Positions 49,538 through 57,949 of a DNA stretch of 64,000 bases are shown piece after piece. The position numbers and the translations under genes are program-made. Within the stretch, counting starts at the first letter, position 1. Each line of letters starts with the position of its first letter. The notes beneath the pieces are model-generated. The model was not told the DNA's origin and did no database searches. It saw only the letters and a program-made list of their open reading frames with translations. Source of the DNA: a virus; IMG/VR virus record IMGVR_UViG_3300023174_000155, positions 6,154 through 70,153 of that record; one strand, 5' to 3'.

Positions 49538-50259
49538 TAACGATATTCCTTTGTCTGTCTATATTGGGTCTTATATGAGTCAAAGAAGCGTGTTCTAAGC
49601 TTTGTTGTGACCTTATTTGATTCCGCCACATCTTCATTTTTGCCAATAGACATCTGCCAGTCTTCTCTTTGAAAAGGAATAACCTGAGCTACAGCTGTTC
49701 CTGCTGGAATTATGCCCTCAAAATTAACATCATTTAAAACAAAAGGAAAATTAACGGGAGCAGAATAGGTATCTGTATCTACGACACCTGGCAAAATAGT
49801 AAAATCTGAAGGTCTATGAAATGGCTGTACAAATAAAACTGAGTATCCTGGTGGTGTTTTAATTGCCCATGGATTAATCCATTTAGGATATGACTCTTGA
49901 TGACCATTTCTATTTGGATGATTTGGTGCTTGATCTACTGGATGAAAGGCAATCAATCCAAAATTTGCCCACTCATACCATGGTCTCTTACCCATCGAAT
50001 CACCATTGTCGTCAAATGTTTCTCTTTGTGATATAAATACATCTGCTGGAGTTTTAATGATATATCCTGCATTCATTACATCAAATACTGGCATACAACG
50101 TTTAATTGTTCCTGTTGTGTTTCCATCTCCAGATGGCTTCTTTTCGCCGCCAATATACGACTCTAAATCTTTATACCAATCTGGTATGTTTTTAAAAGCT
50201 GGCTCTGGAGGAAATATTTCTTCAATCCCCATCATATTTGTAAAAATTATATCTGCCAT
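49537..50259 (-). CDS. dUTPase-like fold protein (DUF6065-like), copy 1
   Basis: P.WYK, T.K.C.PVFD.M.AGY, NPW.IKTP.G.S, G.VDTD.Y, GT...Q.IPF.R..W. Confidence 0.65.
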   Translation of the reverse strand: MADIIFTNMMGIEEIFPPEPAFKNIPDWYKDLESYIGGEKKPSGDGNTTGTIKRCMPVFDVMNAGYIIKTPADVFISQRETFDDNGDSMGKRPWYEWANFGLIAFHPVDQAPNHPNRNGHQESYPKWINPWAIKTPPGYSVLFVQPFHRPSDFTILPGVVDTDTYSAPVNFPFVLNDVNFEGIIPAGTAVAQVIPFQREDWQMSIGKNEDVAESNKVTTKLRTRFFDSYKTQYRQTKEYR

Positions 50260-50330
50260 TTTATATCCTTAAACTAGGGTCATACAATAGTACTATCATA
50301 GCATTTTATATGTAATAATGTCTAGTTTAT

Positions 50331-50876
50331 TTAAGAGCTAGCCTTTAATAAATTATTATATATAGCTAGGCACTCTTTAAAGCTTTCTGTATTTACCAAT
50401 GTCTCTTTAATCATAGAAACATCATTAATAACTGGTAAAGGAAGATTTTTATTTTTTTTGTCTTCTATCATATATCTTTTTATTTCTTCATTGCTAACAT
50501 TATAGACGCTTTCAATATGTATGGACTCTTTAACTTTATTTTTTATATAATCTAAATCTTGTGTAAACCTGTCAAAATCCATAAGAGTCACTTTATTTAA
50601 ATTTAATAGCACTTTATTGTAAAATCTAATATAATATTTAATATCTAATTCTATTTCACAATTTGATGGATAATTATTCCAGGAAGCTATACTATCTAAT
50701 GGGTTTCTAAATGGTATAAATAGATGATTAAATTTATCTATTGTTGAAGCACTATGAAAAACTTTGTAGGGGGTGCTTTCTGGATAATATAAAGACCTAA
50801 AAGAATAATTTAAATATGTATTGCCACTTCTTGGAAAACCTACTGTTATGAATTTTTCTTTATGGTAATTGCTCAT
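50331..50876 (-). CDS. sulfotransferase-domain protein
   Basis: 5'-PSB loop VGFPRSGNTYL and 3'-PB motif FRNPLDSIASW. Confidence 0.75.
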   Translation of the reverse strand: MSNYHKEKFITVGFPRSGNTYLNYSFRSLYYPESTPYKVFHSASTIDKFNHLFIPFRNPLDSIASWNNYPSNCEIELDIKYYIRFYNKVLLNLNKVTLMDFDRFTQDLDYIKNKVKESIHIESVYNVSNEEIKRYMIEDKKNKNLPLPVINDVSMIKETLVNTESFKECLAIYNNLLKASS

Positions 50877-51225
50877 CTAGCTCTTGCCAGTTTAGCGTTT
50901 CATTATTCCATACCCAAGATCCGCTATCTGGTTTTGCAAATGGTGGAACCCAAGTCTCTAATTCTTCATCAACAATCCATCCACGATTTGGACATGATTC
51001 AATAAAAATATCTTTGTTAGGCAAATATGCAAAACCCACTCCTGCATATCTTCTTCTAATTGTTCCGTTGTAAGATGTTTGAATCCAGTTACCGCCCAAT
51101 AATGATTGGCAAAATTCAATACCTTTAGCCTCTGATTCAATACCATCAACTAGTAGTTCGTCATTATGTACAACAATAACATTAGTTACAATATTGTTTT
51201 CGTTTAATTGTGCAAAGTGTGCCAT
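50860..51225 (-). CDS. fibre chaperone-like protein (MAHFA type; start corrected to 51225)
   Basis: paralogue of 46090-46422; TAATG coupling. Confidence 0.7.
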   Translation of the reverse strand: MAHFAQLNENNIVTNVIVVHNDELLVDGIESEAKGIEFCQSLLGGNWIQTSYNGTIRRRYAGVGFAYLPNKDIFIESCPNRGWIVDEELETWVPPFAKPDSGSWVWNNETLNWQELDEQLP

Positions 51226-52991
51226 TAGAATGTTACGCTCCCGCTTCCAGTCCATGTATAGGTTCTATATCCTCCAGTATTAGTTACTGATGGAGAACCT
51301 GTTACTGCATTAGGTGCAGCATAATTAGACGCATACCTTATTTTAACTATACCTGAACCTCCAGCACCACCTGATCTGCTATTGCCACTACCAAGGCCAC
51401 CGCCTCCACCGCCTAATTGTGCAGATCCTGATGTTGCATTACTAGATTGTGATCCTGCTCCTGCACCACCACCACCAGAGCCTCCGTTGCCTCCTGGATT
51501 ATTACTTTTACCGCCGCCGCCGCCTCCTGCACGAACTACTCCATCAAATCCTGCTTTACCATTTCCTCCATCACCTTGTGAAGCAGCGTTTGTGGCGCCG
51601 CCACCTGCGCCACCGCCGTAATTATTTGTTCCATAAGAACCACTTGTTCCTTGGCCTGCAATTCCTGTTCCAAAATCTCCTCCTCCATAAAACTGAGGAG
51701 ATGCACTACCACCGCCAGATCCACCGTTTGCACCGTGTCCACCTGCCCAATAAATACTTCCGTAGTTATCTGCGCCTGCATATCTATCTCCACCGCCACC
51801 GCCTCCGCCAGTAGCTGACAAAAGATTACCGAATGAAGATGAGTTTCCTGATCCTCCAGAATTTGCAGCAGCACCCGTGCCTGTATATCCATCCTTGGTT
51901 CCAGCTGTTCCTCCAGTTCCAACAACAATATCATAACGTCCAGGAGAAACTGCCTGAGAAGCACCAACTAGCATTCCGCCAGCACCTCCTCCACCGCCAC
52001 CTCCACCGCCGTTATAAACTGGTGCTCCGCCGCCTCCGCCTGCTAGAACTATATATTCTATGCTTGGTGTTACTGGGAAAGGCATTGTTAGTGAGCTATA
52101 TGCAACAGATGCTGCAGAATCTCCATTAGCATTTACAGCTTTTATGTAAAAAGTATAAGAGGCTCCAGGTGTAAGTTCAGCAATTGAAAGTGGGCTAGTA
52201 GTTTGAGCTGGTGAAAGTGCTGTATAGTTTGTTCCGTCAGTTGAATACTTATAGTTTGTTATTGTTGAGCCACCAGTGGCACCAGCCGTAAATGTCAAAC
52301 TTGCGGTAGTTGTATTCGTTGCAGTTGCTGTTCCAGGTGTTGGTGTTTGTGGGACAGTAGTAGCGGTAATACTAGATGAAGCTGAAGATACTGTACTTAC
52401 TCCAATTGAATTTGTTGCTGTACCAGTAAATGTATATGAAGTAGCTGACTGTAATCCTGTTACAACTATTGGAGATGTTGCACCTGTTGCAGTAAATGAA
52501 CCTGGATTTGATGTAATTGTATAGCCTGTAATTGTTGATCCACCATCTGCTGCTGCTGTAGTAAATGCTACAGATGCTGATCCATTATTATATGCACGAG
52601 ATGTTCCAACATTTGTTGCAACAAGCGATGTTGGTGGTTGAGGAAATGTAGCAATTGATCCCCATGCTGTGCCTGTATAAAACTCTAATGTTCCAGATGT
52701 TGTATTTAATCTAATTGCTCCAGTTACTGGAGATGCTGGTCTTTCGGCGGTTGTTCCAGATGGTATAACAATTGAAGATCCTGTAAATGTAGGATTATTT
52801 GCAACTGCTGCTGCCGCCCAAGATGTTGATGTTCCGTCTGTTTGTAAAAATTTATTTGCTTGAGATGTTTGAACTGGTAATATTGCATTTAAAGCATTAC
52901 TAGCAGACGTTTGTCCTGTTCCGCCCTCTGTTAAAGGAAGGGGGGTTCCAAGATCAAGACCTGCTTTTACTTTAAAATCTTTATCTGCCAA
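51225..52991 (-). CDS. fibre protein: DFKVK N-terminus, two FN3 domains, Gly-rich domain
   Basis: MADKDFKVKAGL; P.GTTAERP....G.IR.N; paralogue of 46422-48422. Confidence 0.85.
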   Translation of the reverse strand: MADKDFKVKAGLDLGTPLPLTEGGTGQTSASNALNAILPVQTSQANKFLQTDGTSTSWAAAAVANNPTFTGSSIVIPSGTTAERPASPVTGAIRLNTTSGTLEFYTGTAWGSIATFPQPPTSLVATNVGTSRAYNNGSASVAFTTAAADGGSTITGYTITSNPGSFTATGATSPIVVTGLQSATSYTFTGTATNSIGVSTVSSASSSITATTVPQTPTPGTATATNTTTASLTFTAGATGGSTITNYKYSTDGTNYTALSPAQTTSPLSIAELTPGASYTFYIKAVNANGDSAASVAYSSLTMPFPVTPSIEYIVLAGGGGGAPVYNGGGGGGGGGAGGMLVGASQAVSPGRYDIVVGTGGTAGTKDGYTGTGAAANSGGSGNSSSFGNLLSATGGGGGGGDRYAGADNYGSIYWAGGHGANGGSGGGSASPQFYGGGDFGTGIAGQGTSGSYGTNNYGGGAGGGATNAASQGDGGNGKAGFDGVVRAGGGGGGKSNNPGGNGGSGGGGAGAGSQSSNATSGSAQLGGGGGGLGSGNSRSGGAGGSGIVKIRYASNYAAPNAVTGSPSVTNTGGYRTYTWTGSGSVTF

Positions 52992-53016
52992 TTAAATTCA
53001 CCTTTTCTAATTTATT

Positions 53017-53343
53017 TTATTCTGTTGGTGCTGGAATATCAAACTCGTCCCATGAAACTGTTTCTTCATTCCATAGATAGAATTTGCCTTCTGTGACTGG
53101 CATAGCAATAGGTGCTTCCCAATCTCCCGCTTCATTTAAAATCCAAGAAGCAAACGGCTTAGGAAGAATAAATCTTGTTCCGTCCCAAGTTCCACCAATT
53201 GCTGTTTTTTGTGTTGCAAGTATAATGTGATCTAAATCAAATTCCGTCTTAAATTGATTTAATAGCTCTTCTGTTGGTTCATCAAATACTGCAACATTTG
53301 TTACATTGCCGTCCTTAATAAACGCATAATTTGTTTCAGCCAT
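53017..53343 (-). CDS. fibre chaperone-like protein
   Basis: YA.I....V.N, IG..WDG..F..P.PF.SW, W.AP...P..G..Y.W.E....W; AGGAGG RBS and TGATATAAT promoter. Confidence 0.7.
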   Translation of the reverse strand: MAETNYAFIKDGNVTNVAVFDEPTEELLNQFKTEFDLDHIILATQKTAIGGTWDGTRFILPKPFASWILNEAGDWEAPIAMPVTEGKFYLWNEETVSWDEFDIPAPTE

Positions 53344-53393
53344 TTTAATACCTCCTAAAGTATCATTATATCAAAATATACTATATAATGCTA

Positions 53394-53522
53394 TTATTCA
53401 GTTATTTCTGTATATTCTGTTCCACATATATCACAATTTGTAAACCATTGTGGGTCAGTGGCTGTGCGGTATTCAGAATACTGTTTACCACACTGGTTAC
53501 AATTATATTTATATTCTGCCAT
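53394..53522 (-). CDS. small FmdB-like zinc-ribbon protein (42 aa; not in ORF track)
   Basis: MAEYKYNCNQCGKQYSEYRTATDPQWFTNCDICGTEYTEITE. Confidence 0.7.
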   Translation of the reverse strand: MAEYKYNCNQCGKQYSEYRTATDPQWFTNCDICGTEYTEITE

Positions 53523-53530
53523 TTTTATTC

Positions 53531-54232
53531 CTATCTATACGTTTTTTTGGTCCAAGACATTTTTTTGTATCTATCAAAAAATCTTGTAGTAAATTTGCGA
53601 GCATATACTAGCATATCTTGTTTATCTTTTTCTGTTCCTAGTTCTGACTTCCAGTCTTGTCTTTTGAATGGAATGATCTGTACTAAAGGGGTTCCTGCTT
53701 CTATTACTCCCTCAAAATTTGGGTCTCTTAATTTTAAGAATAAATTAAACGGTAATGGATATTTATCAGTATCTACAATACCACTAGAACAAATAATTGG
53801 TCCAGGCTCATGGTGCTGGGGCTCCATAACCATAATTGACCAGCCTTTTGGAGTTTTAATGCTCCATGGATGAAGAATTCTTACTGCATAGTTTATATCT
53901 CTAAAATATGGATGATTTTGAGTTTGCTCCATTGACTGAAAAGCTATGGCTTCCATTGATCCCCATCTAAAATATGGTCCTGTTGGGGTTTGAGTTACAT
54001 AAATATCATATGGAGTTTCCATAATATATCCCGCAGTCATCATATCAAATACTGGTAGACATTTTTTTACTGATGTATTTGGAAGACCATTATCGTTTAG
54101 TTTTTGTTTACCGCTAGGATTAAGATATGCTTGTGCATCTTTATACCACTTTGGAATAAAGTTTGATGCTGGACTAGGCTTATTTAGCACACCTTCTGGA
54201 TTATCAATATCTGTAAATTTAATAATTGCGAT
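53531..54232 (-). CDS. dUTPase-like fold protein (DUF6065-like), copy 2; probable ATC start
   Basis: paralogue of 49537-50259; AAGGGG-8 nt-ATC GCA ATT ATT AAA TTT ACA matches the paralogue N-terminus MADIIFT. Confidence 0.65.
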   Translation of the reverse strand: MAIIKFTDIDNPEGVLNKPSPASNFIPKWYKDAQAYLNPSGKQKLNDNGLPNTSVKKCLPVFDMMTAGYIMETPYDIYVTQTPTGPYFRWGSMEAIAFQSMEQTQNHPYFRDINYAVRILHPWSIKTPKGWSIMVMEPQHHEPGPIICSSGIVDTDKYPLPFNLFLKLRDPNFEGVIEAGTPLVQIIPFKRQDWKSELGTEKDKQDMLVYARKFTTRFFDRYKKMSWTKKTYR

Positions 54233-54264
54233 TTTTAATACCCCTTAAATTGTATTTTCTTTAT

Positions 54265-54570
54265 TTAAATTTCTAACCAGATTTGTGTTTCTTCTTGCCA
54301 CTCATAATTTTTGCCATCTTGTGGTTTGCGTTTTCCAACAGGTGCACGCCACAATTCTACTTCTTCATCCCATACCCAAGACTTATAAGGTTTTTCAGGG
54401 CGTGCAGATTTTGCAGTCTGTGTTTCTGCATTCCAAATTTGACCAGGTGAAACCGCTACATCAGATGATATTGGATTACCACCTAGAAATGATTGAGCAG
54501 TTTCAAAATCATCTGCAATAATTACATTACCAATAACTGATTCATCATTAATCGTAAACCAATTAGCCAT
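54265..54570 (-). CDS. fibre chaperone-like protein
   Basis: PY.SW.WDE....W.AP....PQDG..Y.W.E....W; GGAG RBS. Confidence 0.7.
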   Translation of the reverse strand: MANWFTINDESVIGNVIIADDFETAQSFLGGNPISSDVAVSPGQIWNAETQTAKSARPEKPYKSWVWDEEVELWRAPVGKRKPQDGKNYEWQEETQIWLEI

Positions 54571-54739
54571 TTGTATCTCCTTTTATAAATTGTTTTCCGT
54601 TCCATTTATCGCCAACTGTAATAATTCCAATTTCTTTTGTCATTGGAATAAACTCACAATCAGGATATTCTTTTTTAGCATCTTCTAGTGTACCTACAAA
54701 ATACCAAACAACAATTGAATTTTTAATAACAGCATACAT
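54563..54739 (-). CDS. small chaperone-like protein (58 aa; not in ORF track)
   Basis: MYAVIKNSIVVWYFVG...VGDKWNGKQF; resembles N-half of neighbouring chaperones. Confidence 0.6.
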   Translation of the reverse strand: MYAVIKNSIVVWYFVGTLEDAKKEYPDCEFIPMTKEIGIITVGDKWNGKQFIKGDTNG

Positions 54740-54740
54740 T

Positions 54741-55484
54741 TTAGTAATATACTAAAACGCAACCAGCACCACCTGCACCTGTTACGCCAAAAGCAGATCC
54801 GCAACCATTATTATTGGAACCGCCTGCACCACCGCCACCACCACCTGCACCACCTGCACCACCTGTTGCTGTGCCAGGGTTATTTTGATTTCCTGGTCCA
54901 CCATTGCCGCCATTGCCTAACATACCAGCACCGCCACCACGGCCGCCAGAGGCTCCTGAGGCATTGTTTCCTGCTGAACCTCCATTAAAACCATATACAG
55001 AGTTTCCAGGAGCGCCATTTCCTTGCCCACCGCCAGCCGCTATACCACTTTGGGCGGGATTATTGCCATCTGAACTCTTTGAAAAATTACCTGCTGTAGG
55101 CTGAAAAGTATTACCTGTATTACTAGTTATTGAGTTTCCTTGTCCAAAAACACCACCACCTGATTGAATATTTCCAAAAATACTAGGGGTAGCAGAACCG
55201 CCAATTTGAACAACAGCCCTTACAGGAGTCATACCAAACTGAACAAGTCCGCTAGTGCCAGCCAAACCATTAGAGTTGCTACTACCACCGCCGCCACCCA
55301 TAACAACAGCATAAACAAATACTTGACCAGCATTAGTTGCAAAGTTGTTAGTTGATGAAGTAATTGTATGTCGAAGAGTATAAGAAGGTGTTATTGCTGC
55401 AATTCCTGCTGCAGTTGGTGCTGCTACCGCTGCTGCAATTGTTGCAGCTGAAGGTGGTTGAAAACTTGATAAATTAATTGGCAT
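54741..55484 (-). CDS. glycine-rich-domain fibre tip protein (start corrected to MPINL)
   Basis: VYAVVMGGGGG...GAGGAGCVLVYY; TAATG coupling. Confidence 0.75.
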   Translation of the reverse strand: MPINLSSFQPPSAATIAAAVAAPTAAGIAAITPSYTLRHTITSSTNNFATNAGQVFVYAVVMGGGGGSSNSNGLAGTSGLVQFGMTPVRAVVQIGGSATPSIFGNIQSGGGVFGQGNSITSNTGNTFQPTAGNFSKSSDGNNPAQSGIAAGGGQGNGAPGNSVYGFNGGSAGNNASGASGGRGGGAGMLGNGGNGGPGNQNNPGTATGGAGGAGGGGGGAGGSNNNGCGSAFGVTGAGGAGCVLVYY

Positions 55485-56077
55485 TAAAACATTCTCCATC
55501 CATATGTTGAACCTGTATATACAAAATAAACTACTCCGCCATTAACATCTATTATAGCATTATCTGCTATTCCATTAATTAAATTTGCATTTCTTAAAAT
55601 TGTAATATTATTTGTTGCCGCCGTATTTTTTGCATCAAATATTTGAATTTCTGCTCCATCTGCAGGTGAAGCAGGTAGAGTTAATGATCTTGCTGCTGTT
55701 GTATCTACTAAATATCTTGTTCCAGAAACTAATGTAATATTTGAATTAATTGAAGAATTTGTAATAGCTTCTGGGCCTGTGGCACCAGTTGTACCTTGTG
55801 CGCCAGTTGTTCCTTGTGCGCCAGTTGTGCCTTGAGTGCCAGTTGCGCCTTGTGTACCAGTTGTTCCAGTTGTACCTTGTGCGCCAGTTGTGCCTTGAGT
55901 GCCAGTAGTTCCTTGTGCACCAGTTGTTCCTTGGGCCCCTGTGGTCCCCTGTGGGCCCGTAGAGCCTTGTGTACCAGTTGCCCCTTGAGTTCCAGTGGTT
56001 CCTTGTGCGCCAACAGTTGAGGCGGTGCCAACAGTCTGCCAAGCATTTCCATCCCATACTTTAATTAATTTAGCCAT
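55484..56077 (-). CDS. short collagen-like protein with T4 gp9/gp10-like C-terminal domain
   Basis: (GxQGTT)n; Y.VDT.....LTLPASP..G..I.I.DA....TNNIT...GW. Confidence 0.75.
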   Translation of the reverse strand: MAKLIKVWDGNAWQTVGTASTVGAQGTTGTQGATGTQGSTGPQGTTGAQGTTGAQGTTGTQGTTGAQGTTGTTGTQGATGTQGTTGAQGTTGAQGTTGATGPEAITNSSINSNITLVSGTRYLVDTTAARSLTLPASPADGAEIQIFDAKNTAATNNITILRNANLINGIADNAIIDVNGGVVYFVYTGSTYGWRMF

Positions 56078-56213
56078 TATTCTCCTCTAAATGCTTAAGG
56101 TATCTTTGGTAGTCTGAATTGGCTGGGTCAATAGGAATTGACCAACCATCCGAACGTTGAAGGCAAGCCAAGTTGCCATCACGGTCAAAGATTTGTGTAT
56201 ATGTATATTCCAT
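56070..56213 (-). CDS. small fibre chaperone-like protein (47 aa; not in ORF track)
   Basis: [47 protein letters not shown]; IP.DPAN.DYQ.YL motif; GGAG RBS. Confidence 0.7.
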   Translation of the reverse strand: MEYTYTQIFDRDGNLACLQRSDGWSIPIDPANSDYQRYLKHLEENNG

Positions 56214-56286
56214 TTTACAACTCCGCACTTAGAACCACAATCTTGACAAGTATCCATAGGTTAATTATACCACTGGATGGTTGCCA

Positions 56287-56436
56287 TTAGTTGCTCCCTA
56301 GTACTGCTTTAATTTCGGCTTCTGTTTTAATATCATCTGTCAACCAAACAATATCTTCAATATTATCTCCAGCCAAAGACCATTCTTTAGCACCTAAATC
56401 ATTAAGTGCTTTTACAATATCTTTATGTGTAATCAT
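56287..56436 (-). CDS. small XkdW-like fibre chaperone (49 aa; not in ORF track)
   Basis: MITHKDIVKALNDLGAKEWSLAGDNIEDIVW...TEAEIKA; TAATG-coupled to upstream fibre. Confidence 0.65.
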   Translation of the reverse strand: MITHKDIVKALNDLGAKEWSLAGDNIEDIVWLTDDIKTEAEIKAVLGSN

Positions 56437-57008
56437 TAGTAAGTCTCCAATGTGCTAAATACGCTGTTATAACCTGAATTTGTACCGTAAACAGTAATAC
56501 TTGTACCATCAGTTTTCATTTGTAATTTAAACGCTGTTGATGATGCAGCATTATTTTCCACGTACCAAACCATTGTGATTGTTGATGGTTGTGCTCCATT
56601 GTAAGGAACATATGTTGCATTTTCCAAAAGACTTGTAGCACCAGCAAAGGCTTTAATAGAAACAGGACAACCCGTGCCGACTGTCACCGTGATAGTCACT
56701 TTTATTTCAATTTTATTTGTTCCTGATACTGGCGTGCGAGTTATTGAATAACCTGTCATATCTGTAAAAGTAGTTGATGTAGTTGTAAAATTGTTTGCAT
56801 ATTTTGATACAGTTAAAACTGGAGTTGTTACCGTTGTTGGTGTTGCCCAAGCAGGTAGACCACCAGATACTGTAAGTACCTGACCAGTAGTACCAATACC
56901 TAAACGAGCAGGTGTATTAGCAGCAGAAGCATAAAGCGTATCACCTGTTGTTGTTAATTTTGTTTCTTGAATACCTGAAAAAGGTACTGGATAAATACTT
57001 GAATTCAT
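56436..57008 (-). CDS. short fibre/receptor-binding protein
   Basis: GD.LYA....TPARL.IG..GQVLTV.GG.PAW stalk plus C-terminal beta-sandwich. Confidence 0.7.
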   Translation of the reverse strand: MNSSIYPVPFSGIQETKLTTTGDTLYASAANTPARLGIGTTGQVLTVSGGLPAWATPTTVTTPVLTVSKYANNFTTTSTTFTDMTGYSITRTPVSGTNKIEIKVTITVTVGTGCPVSIKAFAGATSLLENATYVPYNGAQPSTITMVWYVENNAASSTAFKLQMKTDGTSITVYGTNSGYNSVFSTLETY

Positions 57009-57310
57009 TATGAAATCTCCAATCCACTAATATGAAATGAAACAGTGACTGCACTTGCAAATCCAGCAATAATCTTAGTTGTTGTTAAAACTTGTTTCAA
57101 GTTAAAAGTTGCTGTTGAATTAGCAGCAATTGACACTGTTTTAAATAAATCTACACCATCAAGTGTAATTGTAAATGTTGCTGCTGATGCTGCAGAATTA
57201 CATACTGCAATATCTGTTATAACAGTAGTTGTGCTTGATGGTACTGTATACAGTGTTGTAGATGATGTTGCTGCTGCTGTACGAGCCAGCGCTTTTGCTG
57301 TATTTGCCAT
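57008..57310 (-). CDS. small beta-sandwich fibre adaptor
   Basis: TTLYTVP..TT.VI..I.VCN...SGLEI. Confidence 0.65.
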   Translation of the reverse strand: MANTAKALARTAAATSSTTLYTVPSSTTTVITDIAVCNSAASAATFTITLDGVDLFKTVSIAANSTATFNLKQVLTTTKIIAGFASAVTVSFHISGLEIS

Positions 57311-57939
57311 TAGTATGCCCCCATAATTAATGCTATATCTTGATTAGCATTTAAATTTGTTATTTCTGCCTGTGTATATGTATTTACTGAGTTTAAATTA
57401 GTTACTGTTACTACTTCTATTATATCATTAACCGCCGCCCCAGATGCTAGGGTAATTGTATTTGAATTAGAAGTTGTATAGTCGGTGGTGCGAAGTAATA
57501 ACATTCCATTAAAGAATACCTGCTCATATCCATCTATAAATGAGACGGTAGTAGTAAATACTGTTTGTGCTGCAGTAGCAGTAAATGCCTGTCTGCGAAT
57601 AATATTTGTATCAAATGATACATCTGTAGAATCGGAATCTACCCAGATTTGTCCAGTAACTGGAGAAGATGGTTCATCTGGCTGATATGCTGGAGCAAGT
57701 ACTGTATTCCATTGTGTGGTTGTACCATTTGTCTGTAAGTACTTATTTGTATTGCTTGTTTGGAGCGGTAGCAGGGCATTTAAGGCGTTTCCAGCTGTTG
57801 TCTGTCCTGTTCCACCCTCTGAAATTGCTAGGGTCGCAGAAGAGCTTATAGCGCCAGATGAATCAGTTTTTACAATTCCCGCTGTAGATAGGGCGGGAAT
57901 AACTAATCCATTCTTTACCTTAAAGTCTTTATTAGACAT
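57310..57939 (-). CDS. fibre protein with DFKVKNGL N-terminus
   Basis: MSNKDFKVKNGL; GGTGQT.A.NALNA.LP.QT shared with 51225-52991; FTATA.QT.F...NG.LL...DYT domain. Confidence 0.7.
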   Translation of the reverse strand: MSNKDFKVKNGLVIPALSTAGIVKTDSSGAISSSATLAISEGGTGQTTAGNALNALLPLQTSNTNKYLQTNGTTTQWNTVLAPAYQPDEPSSPVTGQIWVDSDSTDVSFDTNIIRRQAFTATAAQTVFTTTVSFIDGYEQVFFNGMLLLRTTDYTTSNSNTITLASGAAVNDIIEVVTVTNLNSVNTYTQAEITNLNANQDIALIMGAY

Positions 57940-57949
57940 TAGTTACCCC

